NCBI GenBank assembly: GCA_964547925.1
Contig: CAZJQF010000001.1
Coordinates: forward strand, 12,553-50,667
Source: an uncultured Dehalococcoidales bacterium
GTDB taxonomy: Bacteria > Chloroflexota > Dehalococcoidia > Dehalococcoidales > JAFGLR01
Direction of reading: 5' to 3'
DNA length: 38,115 bases
A program made the position numbers and the translations under genes. Below are positions 25,558 to 34,822 of this stretch, one piece after another. A model generated the notes under the pieces. That model was not told where the DNA came from, made no database searches, and worked only from the letters and a program-made list of their open reading frames with translations. The first letter of the stretch is position 1. Each line of letters starts with the position of its first letter.

Positions 25558-25631
25558 ACAATGAAATCTTTACACCTGACGATAGTTATGATAGCATTTT
25601 CCTAATATAATTTAACGAAAAGAGGACATAA

Positions 25632-26897
25632 ATGACTAAACGGACTAATGAAAAGAAAACCGGCGCTGAATTAAGGTTGGAACGCGAAACATTGTTAATG
25701 AATACTATCAGACTGAAGAACACCGATAGAGTCCCTGTTGCTTGTCCGGTCGGCTATTTCTCTGCAAAATATGCGGGTATTCCGTTTTCCTCAGCTTATT
25801 ATGATTATAACGCCTGGTATAAGGCTACGAAGAAAACCCTGGAGGATTTTGAACCGGATTATATTTTTATCATGGGGTATTCACCGGGCAGCATTCTTGA
25901 GATATTAAATCCCAAGGGCGAAAGATGGCCGGGATTTAATCTGAGTCCTAATACCACCCACCAGACGATTGAGGTTGATTATCTTAAGGGTAATGAATAT
26001 GACCAGTGGATGCAAGACCCTTCCGACTTTATGTTCAGGGTTTTTCTGCCTAGGACCAGCGATAATTTAAAGGGATTATCCAGATTTCCGAGGTTTTGGG
26101 AACTGGCTCACGGTCCGGTACCCTACCAGGTGATGGCTGAAGTAGCGTCCAATCCGGATACCGAAAAGGCACTGATGACGCTGGTTAAAGCCGGCAGGGA
26201 AATTAGAAAATGGCGCAGCCGCAGAATGAAGTTCATGAAAATGGTCGCCGAAGTCGGCTATCCTCAATATACTAACGGCGGCGCCTTGCCTCCGTTCGAT
26301 ATACTTTCCCACTCGATGCGCGGTATGAACGGTACTACCTTCGATTTGTTCCGTCAGCCGGATAAAGTCATCGAGGCATGCGAATTCATTTATAAAAAGA
26401 CCATGGAATTGCCGGTACCGCCGCCCAATGAGTACGGTAATCTCAGATATTTTATGACCGTTACGCGCGGGTCGGACGATTTTCTGTCTCCGAAACAATT
26501 CGATACATTCTATTGGCCGACTTTCAAAAAGCTTCTCGATGCTTTTATCGCAAAGGGGATAACTCCCTGTATCTTCTTTGAAGGCAACTGTAATTCGAGG
26601 ATGGAGTACCTGCTCAATTTCCCGAAAGGGAGTATGTTGGTACGTCTCGATAATACCGATATCAATCTGGCGCACAGTATTCTGAAAGGTCACATGTGTA
26701 TCGAAGGGGGTATCCCTTCCTCATTGTTACAGATGGGCAGTGTTCAGGAAGTCAAAGATTGTATTAAGAAATTAATAGATACGGTAGGTAAAGACGGTGG
26801 CTTTATTGTCGGCCCGCGTACTGCAACCGACCAGGCTAAACCGGAGAACCTCAAGGCGATGATAGAATTCACCAAAGAATACGGTAAGTATAGTTAG
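25632..26897 (+). CDS. Uroporphyrinogen decarboxylase (URO-D) family protein, function unknown (possible methyltransferase/decarboxylase)
   Basis: 421 aa. The overall (beta/alpha)8 URO-D-like layout, N-terminal R-x-E...DRVPV, and C-terminal DGGFIVGP...A are typical of the URO-D/MtaA superfamily. AGAGGA SD. Confidence 0.72.
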   Translation: MTKRTNEKKTGAELRLERETLLMNTIRLKNTDRVPVACPVGYFSAKYAGIPFSSAYYDYNAWYKATKKTLEDFEPDYIFIMGYSPGSILEILNPKGERWPGFNLSPNTTHQTIEVDYLKGNEYDQWMQDPSDFMFRVFLPRTSDNLKGLSRFPRFWELAHGPVPYQVMAEVASNPDTEKALMTLVKAGREIRKWRSRRMKFMKMVAEVGYPQYTNGGALPPFDILSHSMRGMNGTTFDLFRQPDKVIEACEFIYKKTMELPVPPPNEYGNLRYFMTVTRGSDDFLSPKQFDTFYWPTFKKLLDAFIAKGITPCIFFEGNCNSRMEYLLNFPKGSMLVRLDNTDINLAHSILKGHMCIEGGIPSSLLQMGSVQEVKDCIKKLIDTVGKDGGFIVGPRTATDQAKPENLKAMIEFTKEYGKYS

Positions 26898-26918
26898 GCA
26901 ACATCACTTAACCTCAAT

Positions 26919-26954
26919 AAAAGGGGGAATAGCTTTTAAGCCATTCCCCCTTTT
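26919..26954. terminator. Bidirectional terminator between convergent URO-D and CBS genes
   Basis: Stem AAAAGGGGGAATAGC/GCCATTCCCCCTTTT (15 positions, one mismatch, 6-nt loop). The A-tract/T-tract arms give a U-tail on both strands. Confidence 0.72.
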
Positions 26955-26986
26955 ATTATTTGTCTATTATTTATAAAATTGCGGGT

Positions 26987-27646
26987 TTAGCGGTCTCTCA
27001 GTCTCGCTGTGTAACCTTGGGTTTTAAATTCCTCAAGCAGTTTTTCGATATCATGGCCGTCAAAAATGTGGAAACATATATCGTGGACTTCCTGCTTTAT
27101 GGGATGACCTTCAATATGGATAGTGTAAATCTTGAAACCAAATTGGTGGATAATAGCAATTAGTTTATCAATCTGGCCGGCACCTTTAATATTATATATC
27201 GCTCCCGATATTTCAATTCTATATCCCGGGATATCTATACCAAGCAACGGGTTAATGATATTGGTAATAAAATCAGTAGTCGTAACGATACCGACGACCT
27301 TATCATTCTCCATTACGACTGCCGAACCTATCCTGCGTTTTTGAGCTATCGCCAGAACCTGCTCGGTATCCATATCCGGTTCAACGGTGAAAACGTCCCT
27401 AATCATAATTTCTTTTACGGGGGTTTTATTCAATAAATAGGTTAGTTCCCAAATAGAAAGCGAGGAGGCTTTGCTGGGAGAAGCACTCTCGATTGTCCTC
27501 GAAGAAACAATCCCCACCAGTTTATTTCTATCTACCACAGGTAAACGTGATATCTGATGGGCTTCCATAATACGTTTTGCATCAGCAATACTGGTATCGC
27601 TCGGTATGGTGACGACATTGTAAGTCATAATATCTTTGATTTTCAT
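26987..27646 (-). CDS. CBS-domain pair protein with C-terminal ACT-like domain
   Basis: Two CBS repeats: IMTYNVVTIPSDTSIADAKRIMEAHQISRLPVVDRNKLVGIVS and IMIRDVFTVEPDMDTEQVLAIAQKRRIGSAVVMENDKVVGIVT. A ~75-aa beta-alpha-beta-like tail follows. Confidence 0.8.
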   Translation of the reverse strand: MKIKDIMTYNVVTIPSDTSIADAKRIMEAHQISRLPVVDRNKLVGIVSSRTIESASPSKASSLSIWELTYLLNKTPVKEIMIRDVFTVEPDMDTEQVLAIAQKRRIGSAVVMENDKVVGIVTTTDFITNIINPLLGIDIPGYRIEISGAIYNIKGAGQIDKLIAIIHQFGFKIYTIHIEGHPIKQEVHDICFHIFDGHDIEKLLEEFKTQGYTARLRDR

Positions 27647-27833
27647 CTTATACCTCCTTAATAATATATCAATATTGTTAAATTATAATAACACTAATAG
27701 ATTAATTACACCATATCCAGACAAAAAAATAAATACGGCTGTAAAATCATATTTAAAAATAATAAGAAAGGAATATCTAAAATAGCACGAAAAAACATTG
27801 GTAGGAATAGGAATTGCCGGTTTGAAAAGAAAC

Positions 27834-27910
27834 TGGTCGGGGTGGACGGATTTGAACCGTCGGCCACCTGAACCCCATTCAGGTGCGCTACCAGGCTGCG
27901 CTACACCCCG
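27834..27910 (-). tRNA. tRNA-Pro (anticodon GGG), CCA encoded
   Basis: The reverse complement reads CGGGGTG-TA-GCGC-AGCCTGGTA-GCGC-A-CCTGA-ATGGGGT-TCAGG-TGGCC-GACGG-TTCAAAT-CCGTC-CACCCCG-A-CCA. This is a clean cloverleaf, very close to E. coli proL. Confidence 0.93.
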
Positions 27911-27925
27911 TAATCCAGCGTTTTT

Positions 27926-27954
27926 ATATTAGCATATTTCGCTTGCTTTATTAA
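27926..27954 (-). promoter_or_regulatory. Putative promoter of tRNA-Pro
   Basis: On the minus strand: TTAATA (27954..27949), a 17-nt spacer, then TAATAT (27931..27926). The -10 ends 15 nt upstream of the mature 5' end. Confidence 0.4.
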
Positions 27955-28087
27955 AGTCCGAAATTGAGATTATTAAGATTCTTCGGATCATATGAGCCTG
28001 CAGATTGAAATGCCGGCTTATTTCAGTTATAAATATAAGTATTAGTTTTTGTAATTGAAATTCATCGTTATTATTTGGAGAAGTATC

Positions 28088-29350
28088 GTGTCGAATAAAA
28101 AAATCGAAAAAATGCAAAAAGAATACACCAAGCCTCAGCTTTCCCGCTGGGAACAACAGAAGAAACGCCAGCGGATAATTTTAATCAGTGGTATTGCATT
28201 AATTGCCGTTATCATTTTGGGACTTGTGGGCACCTATATCTGGCAGGAAGTAGCTCCGCTATATAAAACAATTGCTATCGTAAACGGTGAAAAAATAACG
28301 ATGAATGATTACGTTAAGGCGTTACGGTCTAGTGCGGAGGGCGCCTCTCAAACCGAGATATTCCAGATTGCTTACAACACCCAAAACCAGTTGATTCAGG
28401 GGATACTTGTAGGCCAAAAAGCAGCGGAATTAAATATTACCGTTACCGATGATGAAGTGAATAAGTATTTGGAAAGTATCGGTAAGAATGCGGACTACGC
28501 AAAATTAGCTCGTGCCCAGTTATTGAGTGAAAAACTATTCAAGGATTATTTTATTCCGCAGGTACCGGCTACCGCCGACCAGCGTAATATTGACGCAATG
28601 TTCCTTGCAGATGATGCTCAAGCAGCCGAAATAAGGGCTCGTGTAGAAGCCGGAGAAAATTTCAGTGACCTTGCCGCCGAGTATTCTCTTGATAATTATA
28701 CGAAATCCGTGAAGGGCATTATTGGTATGCACCCGCAATCGATTGTGGACTATTATTTAGGTTCCAGTATACCCGGAGAGTATGCTTTCTCAAGTGATGC
28801 GGGCAGTTTAAGCCAGCCCCGGCCGGATGAGGATAAGCAGAAGAATGTCGGTTACTGGTTGATTATGGTCATTGAGAAGGGTACCGGAGACCTGGAAGGA
28901 CAGGTTAATGTCCGGGCAATGCTTTTGGGCAGCGAAGCCGAGGCAAATCAGATCCGTGCGGATATTATTGCTAACGGTAAAGATTTCGGTACTATCGCTG
29001 ATGAAAAGTCTCAGTACAACACAGGAGGCCAGAACGGCGGTCTTATCGGGATGATAAAAACAGATGAAGCCGGTTTAAGTAAGGAATTCGTAGAAGCAGC
29101 GTTTTCTCTCGATATCAATGAAATAAGCCAGCCGGTGAGAGATATCTCTGAGACAACCAAAGGCGGTTCCTGGCTCATCAGGGTCAACGAGGTGGCTCCG
29201 GAGAAAGAATTAACGCAGAATGATATAAATGTATTAGCTTACAGTACTTTTAATAACTGGATGACAGTGGCAATGAGTACGGCTGAAGTCGATGACAGAT
29301 TGACGCCGGAAGATTTCAATTTCGCTTATGAAAAGGTAATCGGGAAATAG
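28088..29350 (+). CDS. Membrane-anchored peptidyl-prolyl cis-trans isomerase, parvulin (PpiC/SurA/PrsA-like), two rotamase-like modules
   Basis: One N-terminal TM (IILISGIALIAVIILGLV) and a SurA_N-like region. Two PpiC-like modules follow: ...AQAAEIRARVEAGENFSDLAAEYS... and ...EAEANQIRADIIANGKDFGTIADEKSQ...GGLIGMI...F. I prefer GTG 28088 (GGAGAAG SD 7 nt upstream) to the track start 28055. Confidence 0.8.
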   Translation: MSNKKIEKMQKEYTKPQLSRWEQQKKRQRIILISGIALIAVIILGLVGTYIWQEVAPLYKTIAIVNGEKITMNDYVKALRSSAEGASQTEIFQIAYNTQNQLIQGILVGQKAAELNITVTDDEVNKYLESIGKNADYAKLARAQLLSEKLFKDYFIPQVPATADQRNIDAMFLADDAQAAEIRARVEAGENFSDLAAEYSLDNYTKSVKGIIGMHPQSIVDYYLGSSIPGEYAFSSDAGSLSQPRPDEDKQKNVGYWLIMVIEKGTGDLEGQVNVRAMLLGSEAEANQIRADIIANGKDFGTIADEKSQYNTGGQNGGLIGMIKTDEAGLSKEFVEAAFSLDINEISQPVRDISETTKGGSWLIRVNEVAPEKELTQNDINVLAYSTFNNWMTVAMSTAEVDDRLTPEDFNFAYEKVIGK

Positions 29351-29354
29351 TGAA

Positions 29355-30665
29355 ATGAAAAATAATATTGGCATCGGTGTGATGGGGCTCGGCGTGGTCG
29401 CCGGTCAAGTGGTAACAGTTTTGACCGATGTAGAAAAAGTTCGTGTGCTGAGCGAGTACGTCGGCTCGCCGGTAGTATTGCGTAAAGTTAAAATCATCGG
29501 AGCCGATTTAGAACGTCCATTGGCAAAATCGCTTGCATCAGGGGTAGTAACTACCGATGAAGAGGAATTTTTCAATACTCCGGATATGGATATTGTGGCG
29601 GAAGCAATCGGCGGTGAAAAGCCGGCTTTTGACTATATAAAACGGGCAATATCCGCCGGCAAACACGTCGTTACCTCCAATAAAGAGGTGATTGCGAAAC
29701 ACGGCGTGGAATTATGGTCTCTGGCATTGCAAAATAACGTGGGGTTGCATTATGAAGCCAGTGTCGGAGGCGGCATTCCGTTGATTGCACCGTTCCAGCG
29801 TGACCTGGTAGCTAACCGGATAAACAGCATCCATGCGATAATTAACGGCACGACAAATTATATTTTAACCCGTATGGCCAGGGAAGGTGTCGAATTTGCT
29901 ACGGCTTTAAAGAAAGCCCAGGAATTGGGTTACGCCGAATCAAATCCGCGTAACGACCTTGATGGAGTGGATGCTACGTATAAACTGGCGATTCTGGCTT
30001 CCCTGGCTTTTCACTGTCAGGTAAGGCCTCAGGATGTCTATTGCGAAGGAGTATCGCGTTTAAGCAAGAAGGATTTTCAGTATGCCAGAGAGTTAGGCTA
30101 TGCAATCAAATTACTGGCAATTGCGCGGCAGGACGGCAACGCCATTCAGGTACGCGTACACCCGGTATTTTTACCGGAAGAAGCCATGCTTGCCAGTGTC
30201 GATGGTGTATATAATGCGATTGAGGTAGAAGGCGACCTGGTAGGTAAAATACTATTTTATGGACAGGGTGCCGGAGCATTTCCTACCAGCAGCGCAGTGG
30301 TAGCTGATATAGCCGCGGCGGCGAAAGACGTCGTTTTTAACGTCGGCGCCGGCGGGGGTTGGAAGCTGGAATCCGGTAAAATAATACGTCCGATGGCTGA
30401 ACTGGAGACTAAGTATTATCTGAGGATGGAAGTCGCCGATAGACCGGGCGTTTTAGCCAATATTTCTAAAGTTCTCGGAGATAACTCGATAAGTATCTAT
30501 TCAGTTTTGCAGAAAGAAGCAAACAGTCTTACCGGTGTTGCTGAAGTGGTGATTATGACTCATCCTTCGAAAGAGAAGGCAATGCAGGAAGCCTTGAGCC
30601 AGCTTAAAAAGTTACCGGTAGTTCAAGAAATCAGTAATTTTGTCAGAGTAGAAGAAATCAAATAA
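29355..30665 (+). CDS. hom: Homoserine dehydrogenase with C-terminal ACT domain
   Basis: GIGVMGLGVVAG Rossmann motif, VVTSNKEV, YEASVGGGIPLI, INGTTNYIL, LGYAESNP..DLDG.DA.YKLAILA. The ACT tail is YYLRMEVADRPGVLA. Confidence 0.95.
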   Translation: MKNNIGIGVMGLGVVAGQVVTVLTDVEKVRVLSEYVGSPVVLRKVKIIGADLERPLAKSLASGVVTTDEEEFFNTPDMDIVAEAIGGEKPAFDYIKRAISAGKHVVTSNKEVIAKHGVELWSLALQNNVGLHYEASVGGGIPLIAPFQRDLVANRINSIHAIINGTTNYILTRMAREGVEFATALKKAQELGYAESNPRNDLDGVDATYKLAILASLAFHCQVRPQDVYCEGVSRLSKKDFQYARELGYAIKLLAIARQDGNAIQVRVHPVFLPEEAMLASVDGVYNAIEVEGDLVGKILFYGQGAGAFPTSSAVVADIAAAAKDVVFNVGAGGGWKLESGKIIRPMAELETKYYLRMEVADRPGVLANISKVLGDNSISIYSVLQKEANSLTGVAEVVIMTHPSKEKAMQEALSQLKKLPVVQEISNFVRVEEIK

Positions 30666-30689
30666 TCCGTCAGGATTTGGAGAAAATAT

Positions 30690-31742
30690 ATGAAGACCGG
30701 CCTAATAGCCAGATACCGTGAATATTTACCTATTACTTCCAAAACCCCGATATTTTCGATAGGGGAAGGGGATACTCCTCTTGTACGTACCAGAGAGTTG
30801 GAAAAAGAATTAAACATCGGGGAATTATATTTTAAGCTCGAAGGCTGTAATCCGACAGGTTCGTTCAAAGACCGCGGGATGGTGATGGCGGTGGCTAAAG
30901 CGATGGAAGAAGGTAGTAAGGCTATCGCCTGTGCTTCCACCGGTAACACCAGTGCTTCTGCTGCGGCTTTTGCTGCCTACTGCGGTTTGAGTTGTGCCAT
31001 TATTTTACCCAAAGGGCATATTGCTATGGGTAAGCTGGCTCAGGCTATTGTTTATAATGCCAAGATTATCGCTATCGATGGTAATTTCGACCAGGCTTTG
31101 GAAATTGTTCTTGCGTTAACCAAGAACCACCCGATTTCTCTGGTGAACTCAGTAAATCCCTTTCGTATCGAAGGACAAAAGACGGCCTCATTTGAAATCA
31201 TAGATTTACTTGGTGAAGCCCCCGATTATTTGTTTATACCCGTCGGTAATGCGGGTAACATCACTGCTTACTGGAAGGGTTTTGTCGAATATCATAAACT
31301 CGGCAAGTCTAAGATAAGACCAAAAATGATGGGTTTTCAGGCGGAAGGGGCGGCTCCGATTGTTCACGGCCACCCGATAAAAAACCCTGAGACTGTGGCT
31401 ACGGCGATAAGAATCGGTAATCCGGCCAGCTGGAAAAAGGCCGAGGCAGCACGAGATGAATCGGGCGGCATTATCGATATGGTGAGCGATGACGAGATTC
31501 TAGCCGCGCAGAAGCTTTTAGCGGCTAAAGGCGGTATTTTCGGTGAGCCGGCCTCGGCAGCTTCACTGGCCGGTCTGGTTAAAATGGTGAAAAAGGGTGC
31601 CGATTACTCCAAAAAGAGGATTGTGTGTGTAATTACCGGCAACGGATTAAAAGATACCGATATCGCATTGAAAAATGCCCCTCCGTTTATCGAGTTGCCG
31701 GCTGACCTGGCGGCGGTGGAAAAGTCGTTGGGATACAGATAG
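30690..31742 (+). CDS. thrC: Threonine synthase (short form)
   Basis: PLP-lysine motif [29 protein letters not shown], and GNAGN. 350 aa. Sits directly after hom. Confidence 0.93.
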   Translation: MKTGLIARYREYLPITSKTPIFSIGEGDTPLVRTRELEKELNIGELYFKLEGCNPTGSFKDRGMVMAVAKAMEEGSKAIACASTGNTSASAAAFAAYCGLSCAIILPKGHIAMGKLAQAIVYNAKIIAIDGNFDQALEIVLALTKNHPISLVNSVNPFRIEGQKTASFEIIDLLGEAPDYLFIPVGNAGNITAYWKGFVEYHKLGKSKIRPKMMGFQAEGAAPIVHGHPIKNPETVATAIRIGNPASWKKAEAARDESGGIIDMVSDDEILAAQKLLAAKGGIFGEPASAASLAGLVKMVKKGADYSKKRIVCVITGNGLKDTDIALKNAPPFIELPADLAAVEKSLGYR

Positions 31743-31761
31743 GGAATTGGGGGAGTGACCA

Positions 31762-32328
31762 ATGATTGATAAACAGAAAATCAAAAAAGCTACTTTAATG
31801 ATGATCGAAGCCATCGGTGAAGATGGTAACCGCGAGGGGTTAAAAGATACGCCGCGCCGTATCGCCGATATGTATGCCGAAATCTTTTCCGGCTTGAAAG
31901 TTGACCCGCGCGAAGAGCTTAAAGTTGGTTATGAGCAAGGCCATCGGGAAATGGTTATTGTACGTGACATTCCTTTTTACTCGATGTGCGAACATCACCT
32001 TTTACCGTTTTTCGGGATTGTACACGTCGGCTATATTCCCAATAAAAGCGGGCGGATAGTCGGTATCAGCAAATTAGCCAGAGTTGTTGATATTATCGCG
32101 AAACGTCCCCAGGTTCAGGAGCGTCTGACCACTGAAATAGCCGATACGGTAATGGATGGATTAAATCCCTCCGGAGTGGCGGTAGTGGTTAAAGCGGAAC
32201 ATATGTGTATGATAATGCGTGGTGTAAAAAAGCCGGGCAGTAATATCATCACGTCAGCAATACGCGGCTATTTCCTGAAGAATGCCGAAGCCCGCGCGGA
32301 ATTTTTCTCCCTGATTCAGAACAGGTAG
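31762..32328 (+). CDS. folE: GTP cyclohydrolase I
   Basis: [43 protein letters not shown], and [10 protein letters not shown] are all FolE signatures. Confidence 0.95.
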   Translation: MIDKQKIKKATLMMIEAIGEDGNREGLKDTPRRIADMYAEIFSGLKVDPREELKVGYEQGHREMVIVRDIPFYSMCEHHLLPFFGIVHVGYIPNKSGRIVGISKLARVVDIIAKRPQVQERLTTEIADTVMDGLNPSGVAVVVKAEHMCMIMRGVKKPGSNIITSAIRGYFLKNAEARAEFFSLIQNR

Positions 32329-32339
32329 TAAACCCGGGA

Positions 32340-33470
32340 TTATATTTTAGCCTCAGCTAATTTTCTAAGATGGAAATGGGTCGTTCCCATGTCTATTTCC
32401 ATGCCTTTTAGTACTTTATAGTATACGGATACATCGTGGTCCTCGGTGAAACCGATTGCCCCGTTTATCTGCATACATAAAGCTGCAGTGTGCCGGGAAG
32501 CTTCATTAACCAGTGCTTTGGCGATGTGGACTTCATTAACAGCCGGCAAATCTTCACTTAGCCGCCAGGCTGTTTCATTAACGACCAGAGAACTGCCGTC
32601 AACCTCGATAAGCATGTTAGCAAAATTATGCTGGATTATCTGGAAGCTGCCGATGTGTTTGCCGAAGGCTTTTCTCTGTTTGGCATAATCCAGCGTTATA
32701 TCCATTAAAGCTTTTGAAGCCCCGACCATTTCGGCACAGCGGGCGATAGTCGCTTTTTGTAATATTTTCTCCAGAACAGACGAACCGCCGTTTACATTGC
32801 CCAGAACGTTTGCGGCAGGTACTTTAACATTATTGAAAATAACCTCGGATTGCTTATCACCAGCGATAGTATTCAAGCTGTTAATGGCGATACCCGGCGT
32901 CTTACTGTCTATGATGAAAAGAGTTACCCCTTCTTCCTGTTTTTCATTGTCTTCCGTACGTGCCGCGACAATTATAAAATCAGCTACGTGTGCATCAGGC
33001 ACAAAAAGCTTGGTTCCCTGAATCACGAAGTCGTTACCGGTTCGAGTAGCTTTAGAAGTAATATCTTCGGCATCGTATCCGTTACCGGTATCCAACAGGG
33101 CTAAAGTCAGCCGCAATTTTCCCTCGGCCATACCGGAGAGATATTCTTTTTTCTGTTCTTCATTGCCGGCTTCCAGAATCGATAGACCGCCTAATATCAC
33201 CGTAGAGAAAAACGGACCCGGGAAACAAACTCTTCCCATTTCTTCTAACAGAACAACTAAATCGGCAAAAGTACAGCCGGCACCACCGTATATTTCGGGT
33301 ACGGCCAGACCCATCCAGCCCATTTCACTCATTTGCTGCCATAAGTCATCGGTATAACCTATGTCGTCTTTCGCCATCTGGCGTACCAGACTCATTTTAC
33401 AGTTAGTCTTCAGAAAGTCTTTCGCAGAGGTTCGTAACATTTCCTGCGTTTCGGTTAAAGTAAAATCCAT
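32340..33470 (-). CDS. Acyl-CoA dehydrogenase family protein (divergent, possibly non-catalytic partner subunit)
   Basis: 376 aa with the ACAD three-domain layout. MGWMGLAVPEIYGG and INGAIGFTEDHDV match ACAD signature-2. However, signature-1 reads LLDTGNGYDAED and the C-terminal Y-E-G-T position reads DMGT. Confidence 0.85.
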   Translation of the reverse strand: MDFTLTETQEMLRTSAKDFLKTNCKMSLVRQMAKDDIGYTDDLWQQMSEMGWMGLAVPEIYGGAGCTFADLVVLLEEMGRVCFPGPFFSTVILGGLSILEAGNEEQKKEYLSGMAEGKLRLTLALLDTGNGYDAEDITSKATRTGNDFVIQGTKLFVPDAHVADFIIVAARTEDNEKQEEGVTLFIIDSKTPGIAINSLNTIAGDKQSEVIFNNVKVPAANVLGNVNGGSSVLEKILQKATIARCAEMVGASKALMDITLDYAKQRKAFGKHIGSFQIIQHNFANMLIEVDGSSLVVNETAWRLSEDLPAVNEVHIAKALVNEASRHTAALCMQINGAIGFTEDHDVSVYYKVLKGMEIDMGTTHFHLRKLAEAKI

Positions 33471-33493
33471 AAAGAAGTCCTCTTTCCGGTGAA

Positions 33494-34675
33494 TTAATCG
33501 TTCGGTAGTCCCAGACCCTGAGTCGCGACAACATTACGGTCGATTTCAGAAGTTCCGGCCATCAGCGTATATGAAGCGGTATCGAGATAGAAGTAAGCAG
33601 GCCAGCCGTTTAATGGGGCGTATTTCGTATGGCGGCGGAGGCCGCCGTAATTATTTAAGACCTGCATACCGAAGTCAGCCGCACGCTGGGCCAGTTCACA
33701 ATTATACATTTTATCCATTGCCGCTTCGTAGGTAGACGGGCTGCCTTTAGCCATAATACACATCGCCCGGTAATGAATCATCCGGGCCATCTCACATTCC
33801 GCGTATAAGTAAGCGAGCTTATCTGTTAATGCGGGCTCTAATTTCATGCCGGCTTCTTTCGTAAAAGCGACCAACCCGTCAAGATAGCCGCGGACGGCAG
33901 GGTAAAACATCTGGGCAAAGCGCTCGTAATCGAGTGTTTGCATCGTGACGTACCAGCCTTTATTTAAACCGCCGACCATATTTTCTTTCGGTACGCGGAC
34001 GTTATCGAAAAAGACTTCATTAAATTCGTGTTCGCCGAGAATATCGATGAGGGGTCTGATGGTAATGCCCGGTGTTTTCATATCGATAATGAAATAACTT
34101 AGACCTCGGTGGCGGGCTAAATGCATATCGGTCCGTGTCAGCATAAAACCCATGGGTGTATGGTGTGCTCCGGTTGTCCATGTCTTCTGCCCGTTGATGA
34201 CATAATAATCACCGTCGGCAATAGCGGTGGTTTTTAATGAAGCCAGGTCTGAACCGCTATCGGGTTCGCTTAATAATTCACACCAGAAAGTTTCACCTCT
34301 GGCGATACTAGGTAAATATTTCTTTTTTTGGTCTTCAGTGCCGAATTTAATAAGAGTCGGCGCGAAAAACGTCAGTCCGATGTGGTCTATCCCGGGAAGA
34401 TTATGGTACAGCATTTCTTCCCAAACGATATTCTGAAGGAATAAATTATTCTTGCCGCCATAAGCTTCCGGCCAGCTAAGTGAGTGCCATCCTTTTGAAC
34501 CTACTTTGGCACGTGTCTTGCATACATATTCCCACTCTTTGCCTTCATGGGCTTGTATCGAAGGTGTGAAAGCGATATTGAACTTCCATCTTAAATCCGA
34601 GGGAAACTCTGTCTTGATAAAATCCCTGACTTCTTCACGGAAGGCATTTTCCTCCCGGCTGAAACCAAAATCCAT
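33494..34675 (-). CDS. Acyl-CoA dehydrogenase
   Basis: 393 aa. ACAD signature-1 LLSEPDSGSDLAS, ING(Q)KTWTT, an IVD-like LDYERF segment, and C-terminal AGTSEIDRNVVA. Confidence 0.9.
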   Translation of the reverse strand: MDFGFSREENAFREEVRDFIKTEFPSDLRWKFNIAFTPSIQAHEGKEWEYVCKTRAKVGSKGWHSLSWPEAYGGKNNLFLQNIVWEEMLYHNLPGIDHIGLTFFAPTLIKFGTEDQKKKYLPSIARGETFWCELLSEPDSGSDLASLKTTAIADGDYYVINGQKTWTTGAHHTPMGFMLTRTDMHLARHRGLSYFIIDMKTPGITIRPLIDILGEHEFNEVFFDNVRVPKENMVGGLNKGWYVTMQTLDYERFAQMFYPAVRGYLDGLVAFTKEAGMKLEPALTDKLAYLYAECEMARMIHYRAMCIMAKGSPSTYEAAMDKMYNCELAQRAADFGMQVLNNYGGLRRHTKYAPLNGWPAYFYLDTASYTLMAGTSEIDRNVVATQGLGLPND

Positions 34676-34765
34676 TTTTGCCTCACTTTCCCGTTAGGTA
34701 CCCGGAAGAAATAGATGAATATGGACGCGACAAGATGAATTAAACGAGGTTAATTATCTAAGGTA

Positions 34766-34794
34766 ATCGTATCAAAAGTAGACAATACCGTCAA
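34766..34794 (-). promoter_or_regulatory. Putative sigma70 promoter for the acyl-CoA dehydrogenase pair
   Basis: On the minus strand: TTGACG (34794..34789), a 17-nt spacer, then TACGAT (34771..34766). It lies about 90 nt upstream of the ACAD ATG at 34675. Confidence 0.4.
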
Positions 34795-34822
34795 TTCCGG
34801 CTCACGGAATACCGGATTAAAA

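Noticed and set aside
25528-25605. 25-codon sORF MKCIRPFFFFTMKSLHLTIVMIAFS in the spacer before the URO-D gene
   Set aside because: It starts inside the loop of the terminator hairpin. Its Phe run is just the terminator T-tract read in frame. There is no SD. It is most likely fortuitous.
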